Source of the DNA: Eremomyces bilateralis CBS 781.70
Taxonomy: Eukaryota
Length of the DNA: 64,000 bases
Direction: 5' to 3' (one strand)
Assembly (NCBI GenBank): GCA_010015585.1
Contig: ML975155.1
Each line of letters begins with the position of its first letter. The first letter of the stretch is position 1. Positions 1-11,155 of the stretch are shown here, one piece after another. Both the position numbers and the translations under genes were made by a program. Below the pieces are notes generated by a model. That model was not told the DNA's origin. It did no database searches and saw only the letters and a program-made list of their open reading frames with translations.

Positions 1-141
1 AAGTAAGTCGACTTCTCTAAGATAGACGAGATATTATGACGGCTGACCGTAGTCTTATTTTTTGGTATAGGAAGTAAGTCGACTTCTCTAAGATGAATGA
101 GATGCCATGACGGCTGACCGTAGTCTTATTTATTGGTATAG
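1..141 (+). repeat. Tandem 71-bp duplication: two near-identical 68-nt introns (3-70, 74-141) around a GAA micro-exon
   Basis: Both copies read GTAAGT...GCTGAC...TAG; 7 mismatches in 68 nt by manual alignment. Confidence 0.9.
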
Positions 142-2069
142 CCCGACTGGGATTATCTTCAGGATAATGACTTCGCCAGAATTTTTTTTAGCAATGTCGA
201 AGACTCCTTAGAGTCCAATTCTAACCTCTGTCGGGGTTGCGCGAAAGATTTCTCTTCCGAACGGACCTTCTCTTTGCGCCAATTACGCGCACTTGCAGAG
301 AACTGTGATCTTTGCAAGTTATTATATTTCGCGCTCTCTTCTCTTAACACAAATGATAAAGCGCCGATTCGAGTGCGAAGAAACGGCTCGGCCTTAGAGC
401 TAGCTGATGGCAGTGAACGCATTCTTCATATCTGCTCTCCTTCTGGTTCGTGTTAATATTGAGATTTTATTTCATCGCTAACTGGGCACTCAATAAAGGT
501 AGGGATATCAACAACGTCCAAGCCGGAATTCCTGATTTATTTGCATTCAGGAATTCTTTAATCAACTCGCCCCTCTATTTGAAGCTGCTTCGCCGATGGC
601 TCGAAGAATGTGACCATCACCACGGATGTCATAGGGAAGCAAAATTCTGCCCGACGCGACTGATATTCGTTGGTGATTCCGATCGCAATACGCTTCGACT
701 TGTGGAGCAGGCTGGTAAAGTGGACTATATCGCACTCTCACATTGTTGGGGTAATCCAACGACAGATGAAAAGAAGACGTACTGTACCACTCCTGAGAAT
801 ATTTTGAGGCGGCAGAGCGGATTTGCCTGCGAAGATCTGCCAAAGACGTTTCAAGATGCCGTTCAAGTGACTCGGAAACTTGGAAAATGTTTCCTATGGG
901 TAGACTCCCTTTGCATTATCCAGGACGAAATGGACAACTGCGATTGGAAAAAGGAGTCGAAACTCATGGAGCAAGTATTCTCCTCCGCCTATTGCACCAT
1001 TGCTGCTACTTCAGCGGCTGGTTGGAATGAGGGATTCCTTGAGCGGGAATCTACAATCCAGTCTATCCGAGCCCAAGATGTCTCTGGAAACCGGATTTAC
1101 GTTTGTAATAACGTTGATAACTTCGATAACGATGTGGAAGACGGAAATCTAAACAAAAGAGGCTGGGTCTTACAAGAGAGAGTTTTATCCCGTCGAATCA
1201 TCCACTTCACCAAAAGACACACATATTGGGAATGCGGCGAGGGAGTGCGTTGTGAAAACTTCACAAGCATGAGAAGGTAAGGAAGGGGAGCAGATATTAC
1301 TAGAGTTCGCACTAATTACGTCGCTTTTTGCCTTAGTTCATTTGGGAGGAAGTATTTCCTTCTTGACCCCAGATTTCCGGATCGACTTACCCAGTCAGGA
1401 TATGTCCGAACTATTCAATTCTTACAATATTTTTTTCCAAGGTACGCTCGATGCCGTCTCAGCAAGCCATCAGATAGAGAAGTTGCAATTTTCGGTCTGA
1501 TGGAACGAATGAAAAATCTCTGGGGGACTGAGCAAAAACATGGGGTATTTACGCACCTCCTTCCCAGGCTCCTTCTCTGGCAACGATCCGAAGAGAATGG
1601 TACGGAAAGTGTATTCGAAGGCCAGCCGTCGTGGTCCTGGATGAGGTATGGCTCGATCAATTTCCCACCTATTTCAACTAGGGTTATGCTCGCGAGTAAT
1701 GTTACACCGTTGTTTGATGCTGGGGGAGATACACTTGTCGTCGAAGTTAGGTCATTTAAGAATTCTAAACTGAAACAAGAGGGAGGGGGACCCCCAATTT
1801 TGGTTGATTCACGATTGATGACAAGGTCACGATTGATGACAAGGTCACGTACCATTGGCGAGTTGTGGTTCGATAGAGAATTTGATCTCGATTTAGACCA
1901 TGGTGTGGTCGTCGTTGCGGTGGAAGTCGAGCAACAGCGAGATACCAATAAAAACTGTTGGGTATTGGTCGTCCAAAGATCGTCGGAGAATCGATATATA
2001 AGAGTTGGGCTAGGGAAGATTGAGGCGCGCTACATATCAGAAGAAGGATATAAAAGATGGTTATTGTAA
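1..2069 (+). CDS. HET-domain (heterokaryon incompatibility, TOL-like) protein, 5' partial; exons approx 71-73, 142-445, 499-1276, 1337-2069
   Basis: Motifs PTRLI, YIALSHCWG, LPKTFQDAV, FLWVDSLCIIQD, MEQVFSSAYCTIAA, LNKRGWVLQERVLSRR, LLWQR, PSWSWM. GT..CTRAY..AG introns join the frames with no internal stop. Confidence 0.9.
1809..1849 (+). repeat. In-frame 18-bp tandem duplication in the HET gene (SRLMTR x2)
   Basis: tcacgattgatgacaagg occurs twice, followed by tcacg. Confidence 0.9.
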
Positions 2070-2772
2070 GCTTCAATCTACACGGAGACGTTTGATGACA
2101 CCGAAGGAAATTGAAAAAGTCCTTGTGTTAGGAAGGCGTCTTTCCCATTGGCTAGTGACAAGGCTCAATGATGATAAGGTCCAATATGTGATCCCTCAAG
2201 CAGCCAGGCAGTCTTAGTACGTGCGATGTTGACTTCCAATCTTCCAAATCCCACGATATAGTGGCGACGCAGACCAGAAATGTCGTCTGGAGTCCTTGAG
2301 CGTTGAATTTTCACGAGATTATGGCGAAACAATACAGTGATGGATGGCGTCCTCGTACAGAGAGTGACCTGGGACTGCGAGTTGATGTGGCATGTGTGGC
2401 GCCTGTACTCCGTACAATTATAAATATGGTGCCCCCGCCCTTCGCTTTCGGAAGTCAAGCCGTTCCTTGCACGAACTGCTTCCTCTTCTGCTCTGAGCTA
2501 TTGCACCTTACTGTTAGCTCGAACAGCCGTTCTATGTCTATGTACTTGCCAGGCTTTTCCTAGCTCTCTTCTGCTTCCGTATACCGATAATCACTCGGCT
2601 TCGCTATGTATATTTGAGCACTGATAGGACTACCCAGAATTGCTCCAGGAGTCCAGTCCATTGCCCCAAGACACATGTACGAGGACATCTTCACCATTGT
2701 TTAATATGAAGCACTTGGTGCTCGCCACAGACACAACCACTTTCCAGCAACGACAGGCACCAGACGTGGACT

Positions 2773-2876
2773 TCAAGCTTATACAAGATCCTAGAAATAA
2801 ATCACCCCTGTCTTTCCCGAACTTTTAGTTTGTGAAAAGACAGGGCTGACACTCTAAAAGCGCATGGAAACAGAAC
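2773..2876. repeat. Diverged dispersed direct repeat, copy A (copy B at 5588-5703)
   Basis: Shared blocks tcaagct.atac.aga..ctagaaa.aaatcaccc.tgtcttt...gaactttt and aagcgcat.gaaacagaac. Confidence 0.75.
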
Positions 2877-3309
2877 AAGCTACGAGTAGTAACCACCACG
2901 AGAGGACTGTTGATATATTTAGCGCGGAGCCCGATTCAACACCCTGACAGATTATAGCTGTTCCTTTGATCAGGTGATCTGGAGACGCGACTTCAGCAGG
3001 AGAGCACTTGATTACCAAGAATTGAAAGTGTTGATTGATCTTGATCCTTAATGAGCGTACAAACTACAGGAATACGCTCATCTTATATGTTCTGTATACA
3101 ATTGATGGTCGTGGGGACCTTGGTTTCCTCAAAACGAGCGAAGAAGCAAAGAAAGAAGCATTGGTGATATCGTGGGATGTGGGATGCTCCTCCACGTGGG
3201 AACCACGGGGGAACCATGGGGGCTAGACCACCTAAATACGGCTAAGAAATGGGGGCGCGGTCTGGAGACCGGCGGGTCCCGAAAAATAAGAGATATCCTG
3301 AAAGGCTGG

Positions 3310-3575
3310 TGAGATTTCTCCCTTGGTATTTGAGATTTCTCCCTTGCATGAGATTTCTCCCTCACACTAGTAATGGTGGAAATTAATTGCTCAACTGGGC
3401 CTAGCGCGCAATTTCTCATCCTCGCCTAGTTAGGGACAACTTCAAACCTAAAAACACCCACCCACAAACGCCCTCAAACGCAAACCCACAAACGCCCTCC
3501 TGTAAACGCCTTCCTGCAAATGCTCTCCTGCAAACGCCCTCTCCTACAAGCGCTCTTTCCTACAAACGCCCTCCC
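3310..3575. repeat. Short tandem arrays: TGAGATTTCTCCCT x3 (3310-3362) and AAACGCCCTC-like units (3466-3575)
   Basis: Directly visible repeats. Confidence 0.75.
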
Positions 3576-3799
3576 TCCCCCAAGTCTACAGGATAGAGCC
3601 ATTTTCGGCCAAGCGAGCTAGACCCCTAAGTATGGCGAAAGCTACTCTAATAATAATAAAACCCAAAAGCCCCTAGACGCTTATCGACTCACCGCCTTGA
3701 CAACTTTCTCCTAGTGCATGATTGCATCAACAAACTCGTTTCCTTTGACCTTCATTACCTGGTACCACTGCTTGCGTAATTTAATTAGAAAGTGCCGCC

Positions 3800-5411
3800 A
3801 TAGAAGTTGATGCTGGCTTCGACATGGTCCCCTTGTCTATCTGAAGGAGTCGTTGATAGACACAAATGGAACCGGTTTATCGGCTTCATCAAGAACCATT
3901 ATAAAGACGATAGCCAGGTCGAGATAAAACCGAATTACATCCTATTCAAAGCTGGGGAACACCCTATACTTCCTTTTGAGGGCCACAAATTCCTGCATTT
4001 CAGTTCGAAAGTTTCGGGGATCATCGCAGTGGCTACAAGAGTAGCAAGCTATATCAACACTATTACCAGAATTTCAAAGGTTCACTTCGGCTCCCGTGTC
4101 CAGTACTGGGACGAAGGTGCCGACCAGTATGGCAATTACGACGGGAATGAAGTCAGAGTCAATCAGATCCTATGAGCAAGTCAGTCATGCCTTCGTACAG
4201 TCTCGTTCCTGCTCTTTAACAACATCTAACCCCTTTACAAACAGCGAGACGAGCCTGAGATCAATACCAGCATCGCATCTCTCCTCACCGGTACTAATCC
4301 CATCAAAGAGCTTGGCATCCCACTTTTCGAAATTAAGGACATTCCCGGAAAAGGCAAAGGTCTCATTGCCCGTTTCAATATATCTAAAAGGCACGAGGAT
4401 ACTTTGTGAGAAGCCAGTTCTTACGGCTCAATCCATGCCGCCCAATGAGTTGGAGTTGATCTTCGCGGCCAGGCTAAGGGCTGTTGGATATCAACCATCC
4501 TCTAGAGGTTGGGAGTCAGGTGACATCCCAATACGGCTAGTATCATGTGTGGTTACCTCCTATTCCTCCGAGGCCTCCCATACTCCTAGATAGATCAATC
4601 AAATCACGTATCAATACTTCTACAAGGGCATTGCCCAAAGCGTCGCAACAATAATTTTTGTCCCTCTATAATAACTGCCCGGGAAAAGCATCCGTTTAAC
4701 AACACTTTTAAGACTAATGCTCTACCCTGTGGCGCAGGCTCAGTGGTAGGTGGAGTCAACCCTACGATTTGCCTCATTAACCACAACTGTATTCTAAACT
4801 CTTATAACAACTGGGATAGTAACGCGGAGCACGAAACCATCTACGCGATCCGGCCAATCAAAACCGGAGAGGAGGTCACAATCTCGTATAATCACGGAGG
4901 TACTTTAATTGTACGACGTGCCTTCCTGAAAGAAGCCTTCGGTTTCGATTACAATTGCCGTAGATGCTCTCGTCCTTCCGAGCTCTAAGCTAGTAACAGC
5001 CGTCGTTTACTGATTCAAGACCTCGACGATGCCATCGGAGATCTATTCCGCATGCAGATTAGGCCGAAGGAGAGTCTGAGTGACTGCCACTCGCTGCTTC
5101 AAGTCCTTCAAGAGGAATATGACGGGTATGCTAGGGCGCTCATCGCCAGGCTCTATTACGACGCCTTTTAAGTCGGCATCGCGCATGGAGATCAGGCTCG
5201 GGTAAGCGTATTTGCGGAGAGAGCGTACGAAGTAAGGGTTATCGGCGAGGGTGAGGACAACCCCGAGACGCAGAGGGTGAAGTCACTCACGTTAAAGCTA
5301 GCCAATCATATTAGCTTTAGACTATGTTCTATTATATGGACGATAACGAGGGAAATAGTACCGAAAGGTCTAAATACGGCCCAGTTTGAAAAGTGGTTAT
5401 TTAGAGAGTAG
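3800..5411 (+). pseudogene. SET-domain protein pseudogene (fungal SET plus C-terminal helical type), RIP-mutated and interrupted by a solo LTR
   Basis: IPGKGKGLIARFNI..GTRILCEKP, FLSL(Y)NN, INH(N)C, AIRPIKTGEEVTISY, FGFDYNCRRCS, ARLYYDAF*. Start codon reads ATA in a gccgcc context; TAA at expected Gln codons; frameshifts. Confidence 0.85.
4482..4624. mobile_element. Solo LTR (143 bp) with AGGGC target-site duplication
   Basis: TGTTGG...CTACA termini; AGGGC at 4477-4481 and 4625-4629; removing it restores the SET frame (ARLRALPKASQQ). Confidence 0.9.
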
Positions 5412-5587
5412 AGTTCGATGATAAATTTAACGAGGTTTACCGTTTGCCGCCAGGGAACAGCAGCGATTCGCACTTTTATTAATTTTACATATACAATTTA
5501 CAATTCCTAGTTACCTATAGCTCCAAAACCAATCAGCCCTTAACAACGACACAGAAGGTATCGCTAAATTAAGTAGACGATGCAAAA

Positions 5588-5703
5588 TCAAGCTCATACT
5601 AGACTCTAGAAACAAATCACCCATGTCTTTTATGAACTTTTGGTTATCAAAAACAGCGGTAATTAGTACGTAAGATGGCTCTGAAAGCGCATAGAAACAG
5701 AAC
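5588..5703. repeat. Diverged dispersed direct repeat, copy B
   Basis: Similar to 2773-2876. Confidence 0.75.
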
Positions 5704-5770
5704 GGACTTGTTTACCTGGAGCCTATTCGGGCTACGAATAGTTTAGCACTGGTGATCGGTGGATTGCCTA

Positions 5771-6032
5771 CCGTGCGGATTTCGAGTCCATTTCTGGCCT
5801 TATCCGATATCAGGCGGTGTCCCAGTCGAATGCCATCCCTTATAGGAATGCCGCCCCTGCGGATTTCGAGTTTCTAACCTCACCCTTTATCAATGCATCT
5901 ATTTTCGAGAGTCCTTATAGATCCCTTATGGGAACGCCATCCGTGCGGATCCCCACTCCATTTCTGGCCTCCAATATCAGTCGGTCCCAGTGGAATGCCA
6001 TCCCTTATAGGGATGCCGTCCCTAAGGATTTT
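5771..6032. repeat. Degenerate tandem repeat (copies at 5771 and 5941; ~80-85 bp subunit)
   Basis: ccgtgcggat..tccatttctggcct..gtcccagt.gaatgccatcccttatagg.atgccg occurs twice; ATCCCTTAT core three times. Confidence 0.8.
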
Positions 6033-6187
6033 AGGGATCGTGTGTTTGTTTTTATTGTCTGTTGTAGCGATTGTTTTGGGTAAACATATACGCAATTTGA
6101 GTACCAGTGCTTATCTTTTCTTCAAAGAAGCTAGGCACGCTCTGGGATAGTGTTTTTAGGATAGAATTTCTAAGATTAGAAGGCTGC

Positions 6188-6318
6188 TGTTACGATTATG
6201 GCATCCTGACTTGATGCCTCAGGCATATATGGTCAGGTGACCACCTCATCTGTATCTAAGCTCTCCTACGTCACCTCCATAGTAATCAACATCTTCTCTA
6301 CTATCTGTCTTTGTAACA
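6188..6318. mobile_element. Solo LTR (131 bp) with GCTGC target-site duplication
   Basis: TGTTAC...GTAACA inverted termini; GCTGC at 6183-6187 and 6319-6323. Confidence 0.88.
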
Positions 6319-6339
6319 GCTGCGGAACGATACAGGAAT

Positions 6340-6510
6340 AATAAGCTTTAGAATATTACGAGTTGTGGAGTATTACGGGAAAGCTTTAGAATGCTACGAG
6401 CTGCGGAATGGCACGGGAAATATGAACTCTAGAATATTACGAGCTTTGGAGCGCTACGGGAGAGATGAGCCTGGAGTGATACGAGCTTTGGAGCGTTACG
6501 GGAGAGTGAT
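6340..6510. repeat. Degenerate ~20-bp minisatellite (GCTTTAGAATRYTACGRG-like); a related unit recurs near 6770-6800
   Basis: Recurrent gctttagaatattacgag / gctttggagcgytacgggag units. Confidence 0.65.
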
Positions 6511-7310
6511 GACTGTGGAGATATACGCTCACTTCCAGGTATATGTAAAGTTGTTTTTATCGCAACACAGAGTGGGTGAATAACGTAATACGAGTAAGCG
6601 AGTAGCAGGAGAGTAACTAGCGATGCTTGGTTGATGAAATCTATGCTGTTTCTGGCTTAAGACCAAGACTCAGACTGATCCTTGAGGACGAAAGAACTCT
6701 GTGATGGCTGCGATCGTTTATATAGAGGGATGCACGTGTATCACGAGACTAGCATCCTCCCAGCCTGACATGCTACGAGCTGCGAAATGTTACGGGGAAG
6801 AGGAGACATCAAGCGCATTCTCTGTAGCTCGTTAATGGCAGTACAAGCAGCCAAGATGATCCTTAGGACTGGGCTCTTAGAGCAATTCCGGGCAGTTCCA
6901 TCCACAGTACTCAAATACACAGCGTAGACGAGCGATAACTAGTAAACAGAAGCAGAGGAAGGCCAGGAAAGGCCTTACAAGTACGTAGACACAGAACAGC
7001 AAGTAAGAGTATTATTAGAACTGTAGAGTACGTGTATAAAGATGAGAGATAAGTAGGCCATATATAGATACTCTAAAATATAAGCGCGAGGAAGGAAGAA
7101 GCGTTAATAAAAGACCAGCTACAAAATCGCGAGGATACTTCGAATTAGAACCAATAGAGATAAAGAAATGACCATATTCCTCGATCGTGGGGCCCCAGCT
7201 TTAATCAGCGGGCCAAGCGTCGATAACTTAGTATTAAAGTTCACGATACTGTCCCATATATCTTCTTCGCGTGGTTTTGCAAGTGCGTCTTGCAGTTGAG
7301 TGACATCTTA

Positions 7311-7516
7311 TGTTGATAGCTTAGCGTGTCTATCCACACGGAAGCAATAGGTTACGTGACGAAGAATGTAAAGTGCTTGTATTTCTGTAAGAAGTAGAGT
7401 ACCGAACGAGGTAGATATACATATGACTAAGTAATAGCCGAAGAGGGGAAACGAATGACTAAGTAATAGCCGAAGCGGGGAAACGGATGACTAAGTAATG
7501 ACATCAGATCTTGACA
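7311..7516. mobile_element. Solo LTR (206 bp) with TCTTA target-site duplication and an internal 32-bp tandem repeat (7423-7499)
   Basis: TGTTGA...TTGACA termini; TCTTA at 7306-7310 and 7517-7521; atgactaagtaatagccgaag.ggggaaacg. about 2.4 times. Confidence 0.8.
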
Positions 7517-7898
7517 TCTTACAAACCCCGCAGTCGATCCTCTTGCCGTCCCTGATATTAGACAAGTATTTCCGTCGAAAGCGCTTACTAAGATCAGAGG
7601 GGGTGCTAAAGGAATAGACTCGTATAGCAAGCGGTAACGACTAAGACGATTCCTTTCAAAATTTCGAAATCTAGATAAATTGTGCTGGGAAAGGGGATAA
7701 AGGAGAGAAAACCTAAGGAGTAGATAAGACAAAGAAAGCGATGCAGCCCGATAAGTTCCCCGTAGTGTACATCCCCATCCACCTCATCTAAGCCACTATA
7801 TTTCATCAAGCTCCATTCCGGGCTCTATTCTCGATCGTTTCGAATTTTACATCACCTCTTCCTGAAGCTAAAGGCACGTATTTCGGATTTATCGAATG

Positions 7899-10713
7899 CT
7901 AGGATCGCGGCCGACGGCTGAGATTTCGACTAAATGGACAGGATGCTGGGGCTTAGCGTACTTCTTAGCCTTTCGACTCCGTATTTCCCTCCTTCAGGAT
8001 GATTGGGTCAATCCTTTCAAGAATATCTATATACGGCGGCGACGACGGTATTAATTCAGAATCCGTCATCGCCGTCACTGTCGTGCTTAGGGCCATTCCA
8101 TCGATCGATAAACCTTCTAAGGACTCTGCACTCGAATCCTCGGTCGAAGGTCTTCTATTCCCGCCTATTTGCTGCGTGCGACAGAAACGCTCAAAGAAAT
8201 AGGATCCAATCTTAACGTCGTAATCGTGGACCGTGGCAATATAGTTTAGGAAGGCTCTAATTTCGATAAAGGCAGATCTGCTTACGCATGTATCCCATAC
8301 GCAGGAGAGAGGAACACCTTCAGGCAGATAACTCAGGTGTTAATTTATTAGGTGACGTCTTAACGAATCCATGCGCCGGAACCTGCGTCTATGCAATTTT
8401 GGGCACATGATACAAACGTCAGTCGGACATTTCGTTTCGTCGAGACATGGACTAGAGTCCTGCTCCTGCTTTGTCTTCATAACGTCATTAACCATGTCTT
8501 CGTTATCCTTGTTCCAGTCGAACCTCTTCCCTCGGCGGGTCGGCTCCCAAAGCCCGCAAAGTGCGATCATGTCCTTTGTGACCTGGATCCGTCGGCCGAT
8601 GTCCTGTTCGCCATCAAGCGTGTTAGCGTCCGGCCCGTAGAAGGCGTCCACAAGACGTGCACGCTCCTAAAACACGTATTTGGGAGGCGGGGGGTCCGAG
8701 TCATCATCGTCGTTCTCACCATCCGAAGAGTCCACGCCTGGGTTATCCAGAAGTTGGTCGATCTGCTTGTCGACTTCGATTATTGGCATGCTATCGTAGT
8801 AGTCCTCCCTCATCTTCTCCTTAGCTTCCTGAAGGAGTCTCTTCCTTTCGCTATGCATTCTCTTGCAGACCCGGTCGTGTTTCTGGTGAAGCTCCGGATA
8901 CAGATCTCTAGCAGCCTCTACGGTCCCCGCCAATAATCGTATCTCGTTCTTTAGTTCGATTCTCTCTTGTCTTAGAGAATCCGAGAATCCCTACGGACGA
9001 CTTTGAGCTGCTCGCCGCTGAGCGCTTTTAGCGCTAGAGGATCTCTGTTCCTACACTTCCGCGCTTCGTTGTATAGAGCCGTCTGTGACGGCCGTATTAA
9101 GACAATATGTTAGAGACCACCGATGAAGTCGCTTTGATAGTATTTCTTAAAAACGCGATTCCTAGATTGACCGAGGACCCTCATGCGCTCCGCCTCGGTG
9201 TAATTACCTGCGTAGATATCAGTGCCGAGTTCTACGATAGTTCAAGTAATGGAGGCTCGGGCAAAAAGGAAGGTAGGATAAGTAGAATAGGGACCGTTCT
9301 CCGAAATTGCTTACGATTAACCGCGTTTGCAGCCTAGCGTCGAAAGTTGTAATGAGTTGGTAGGTCCTCGTACCCTAGCCCTTCTCCGATATGCTTCAGT
9401 GCGCTATTACTGGAGTCGTACTTCATCGGCAGGAACTGGTCTACTTCATAGCCGTAAGGAGCTTGCTTCATGCGACGGAGAACTGGAAATTTCAGTTTGT
9501 CTTTCTTCCATCTTAGAGGCAGGCTCGGTAGACGTTTCGGGACTCGAAGTCGCCAGAAAAGTTCTGGTGTTAGTCGTTCGTTTTCGAAGGCCCCGTCGCG
9601 GAACGCCATCGCCACGATGTGCAAGATCGGGCAATATGTCAGCAGGTAGTCGCAATGCATGAAGAATCGTGTTCTGTTCCAAAAATATATTAGCAACCCT
9701 TTTTGCTGCAAAAACACTTCCAGGAAAAGGTTGAATTATACCCGTCGGAGCCTTCTGGTCTGCCCTTCAAATTCCGGAAGGTAATAATTGCGCACGGGAC
9801 GTCTCTACCGCCTTCTGGATTTCTGAGGTAGAAGAGTTCGATATCCTCCTTACAGACGGTTTTTAGGGAGGGATCAATGGAGACATACTCCGGCAGATCG
9901 CTAACGAAAGTTTGGTTCAGCTTCCGTCTCTTCGGTTTCGGTGTAATAGTGGTTTGCTGGTCTTCATCGTTCCGAGATAAAGCGTCAGGACTACAGTTAT
10001 CCGGCAGAAGCACGCCAGGTCGAGTTCCCGTGATTGAAGACCACAGCATGATTATAGATTGCTAAACGAGCATGTTGCCGCAGCGGAAATAGAAGGAATA
10101 TTTCCACAGATACCTCTGGAAAAGTCCATATTCCTCAATTGTCAGAGTATACTTGCTCTTGGCACGCCTTGAAATCTCGCGTTCGGCCGGGAATATATAT
10201 TCAAGGAACTAATGGTACTCGATCAGCAGGGGAGGTTTGATGAATAGAAGGTACACAAACATACCCGTCTTATTTGTTGATGAACGTGGTTACTCATTGG
10301 ATGGCGGGTGAAGAGAGTAAAGTACTGGTTCAATCGCCTCCAATACTCGTCGTATGATTGTAACTTCTTCTTCTTAGAAGACTCGTACATCCAATCAAAG
10401 AAGCTCATATAAACTGGGGGGTCCTCTGTAGTGAGATGTTCCATATAGTTTACTCCTAGGTGGTCGCAGTATCTACCGGCCTAATCGAGACTGTTAGCAT
10501 TATCTGCCCAGCAATGTCGAAAAAGGTGACCGACCTGCGCCAATATCTCTCCACTACGGCGATACCCTGAAGTGTTTTAGGCTTAAAGTTTAGAGGAAGG
10601 TGTCCGAGGCTTCGAAAGTGCTCGAGCCTCGCTCGGGTCTCATCGCAGAGGATAGGCCGAGTCCAGTGCTAGTGCTCCTCTGCGTTAACGGCAGGAAGCG
10701 CCCTCTTTCCCAT
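7899..10713 (-). pseudogene. DUF3435-type tyrosine recombinase (Starship captain) pseudogene, about 4 introns, C-terminal C2H2-like fingers
   Basis: MGKRALPAVNAEEH*..PKTLQGIAVVERYWRR; WSSITGTRPGVL; FRNLKGRPEG; YCPILHIVAMAFRDGAF; THYNFRR*AANAVN; VLGQS..VFKKYYQS; RDPLA; CIMC..RRHL..H; IDP.IL. Premature stops and a frameshift near 8970. The 3' end is approximate. Confidence 0.88.
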
Positions 10714-11097
10714 GGCGAAGCACGGGTAGAGAGAAAGTGAAAAGAGAGGCGAAAGAAAGGTAAGACCAGCTGGGAGTAGGGCGGCATACGAGAGAGCGAA
10801 TCCGTAGGGATGCCGGAGAAGGGAAGATAAAAGCAGGTAGGAAGGGATAGGATAAGAGGATGAAGGGCATGGCAGCACACGGTAGGCTTTTATATACGAT
10901 CATTTTTGGATGCTGCCGACTGTAGCGGCTAGAGGGGTGGCAGAGCATGTTGGAAAGTTGGGATGGGTTGAGTGCAGAAACGGGATCCCGATTTCTAAAT
11001 TCATGAAACTCAAGAAACTGATAATGGACAGAGTCACATGCGCTTGGCATTACGGGGTGTTTGGGGAGGAGAAGAGTTGATTTTCATGACCAGGTCG

Positions 11098-11155
11098 TGT
11101 GGAAATGCCGCCAAAAACGGCGTCAGAAACCGCTCTTTTCGGCGGCAATTTCACA
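11098..11155. repeat. Imperfect ~20-bp inverted repeat upstream of the captain
   Basis: tgtggaaatgccgccaaaaa ... ttttcggcggcaatttcaca (reverse complement tgtgaaattgccgccgaaaa). Confidence 0.85.

Noticed and set aside
2165..2640. Short ORFs downstream of the HET gene
   Set aside because: No recognisable motif or coherent gene structure.
7423..7499. 32-bp repeats as a CRISPR-like array
   Set aside because: No unique spacers, eukaryotic context, and it lies inside a solo LTR.
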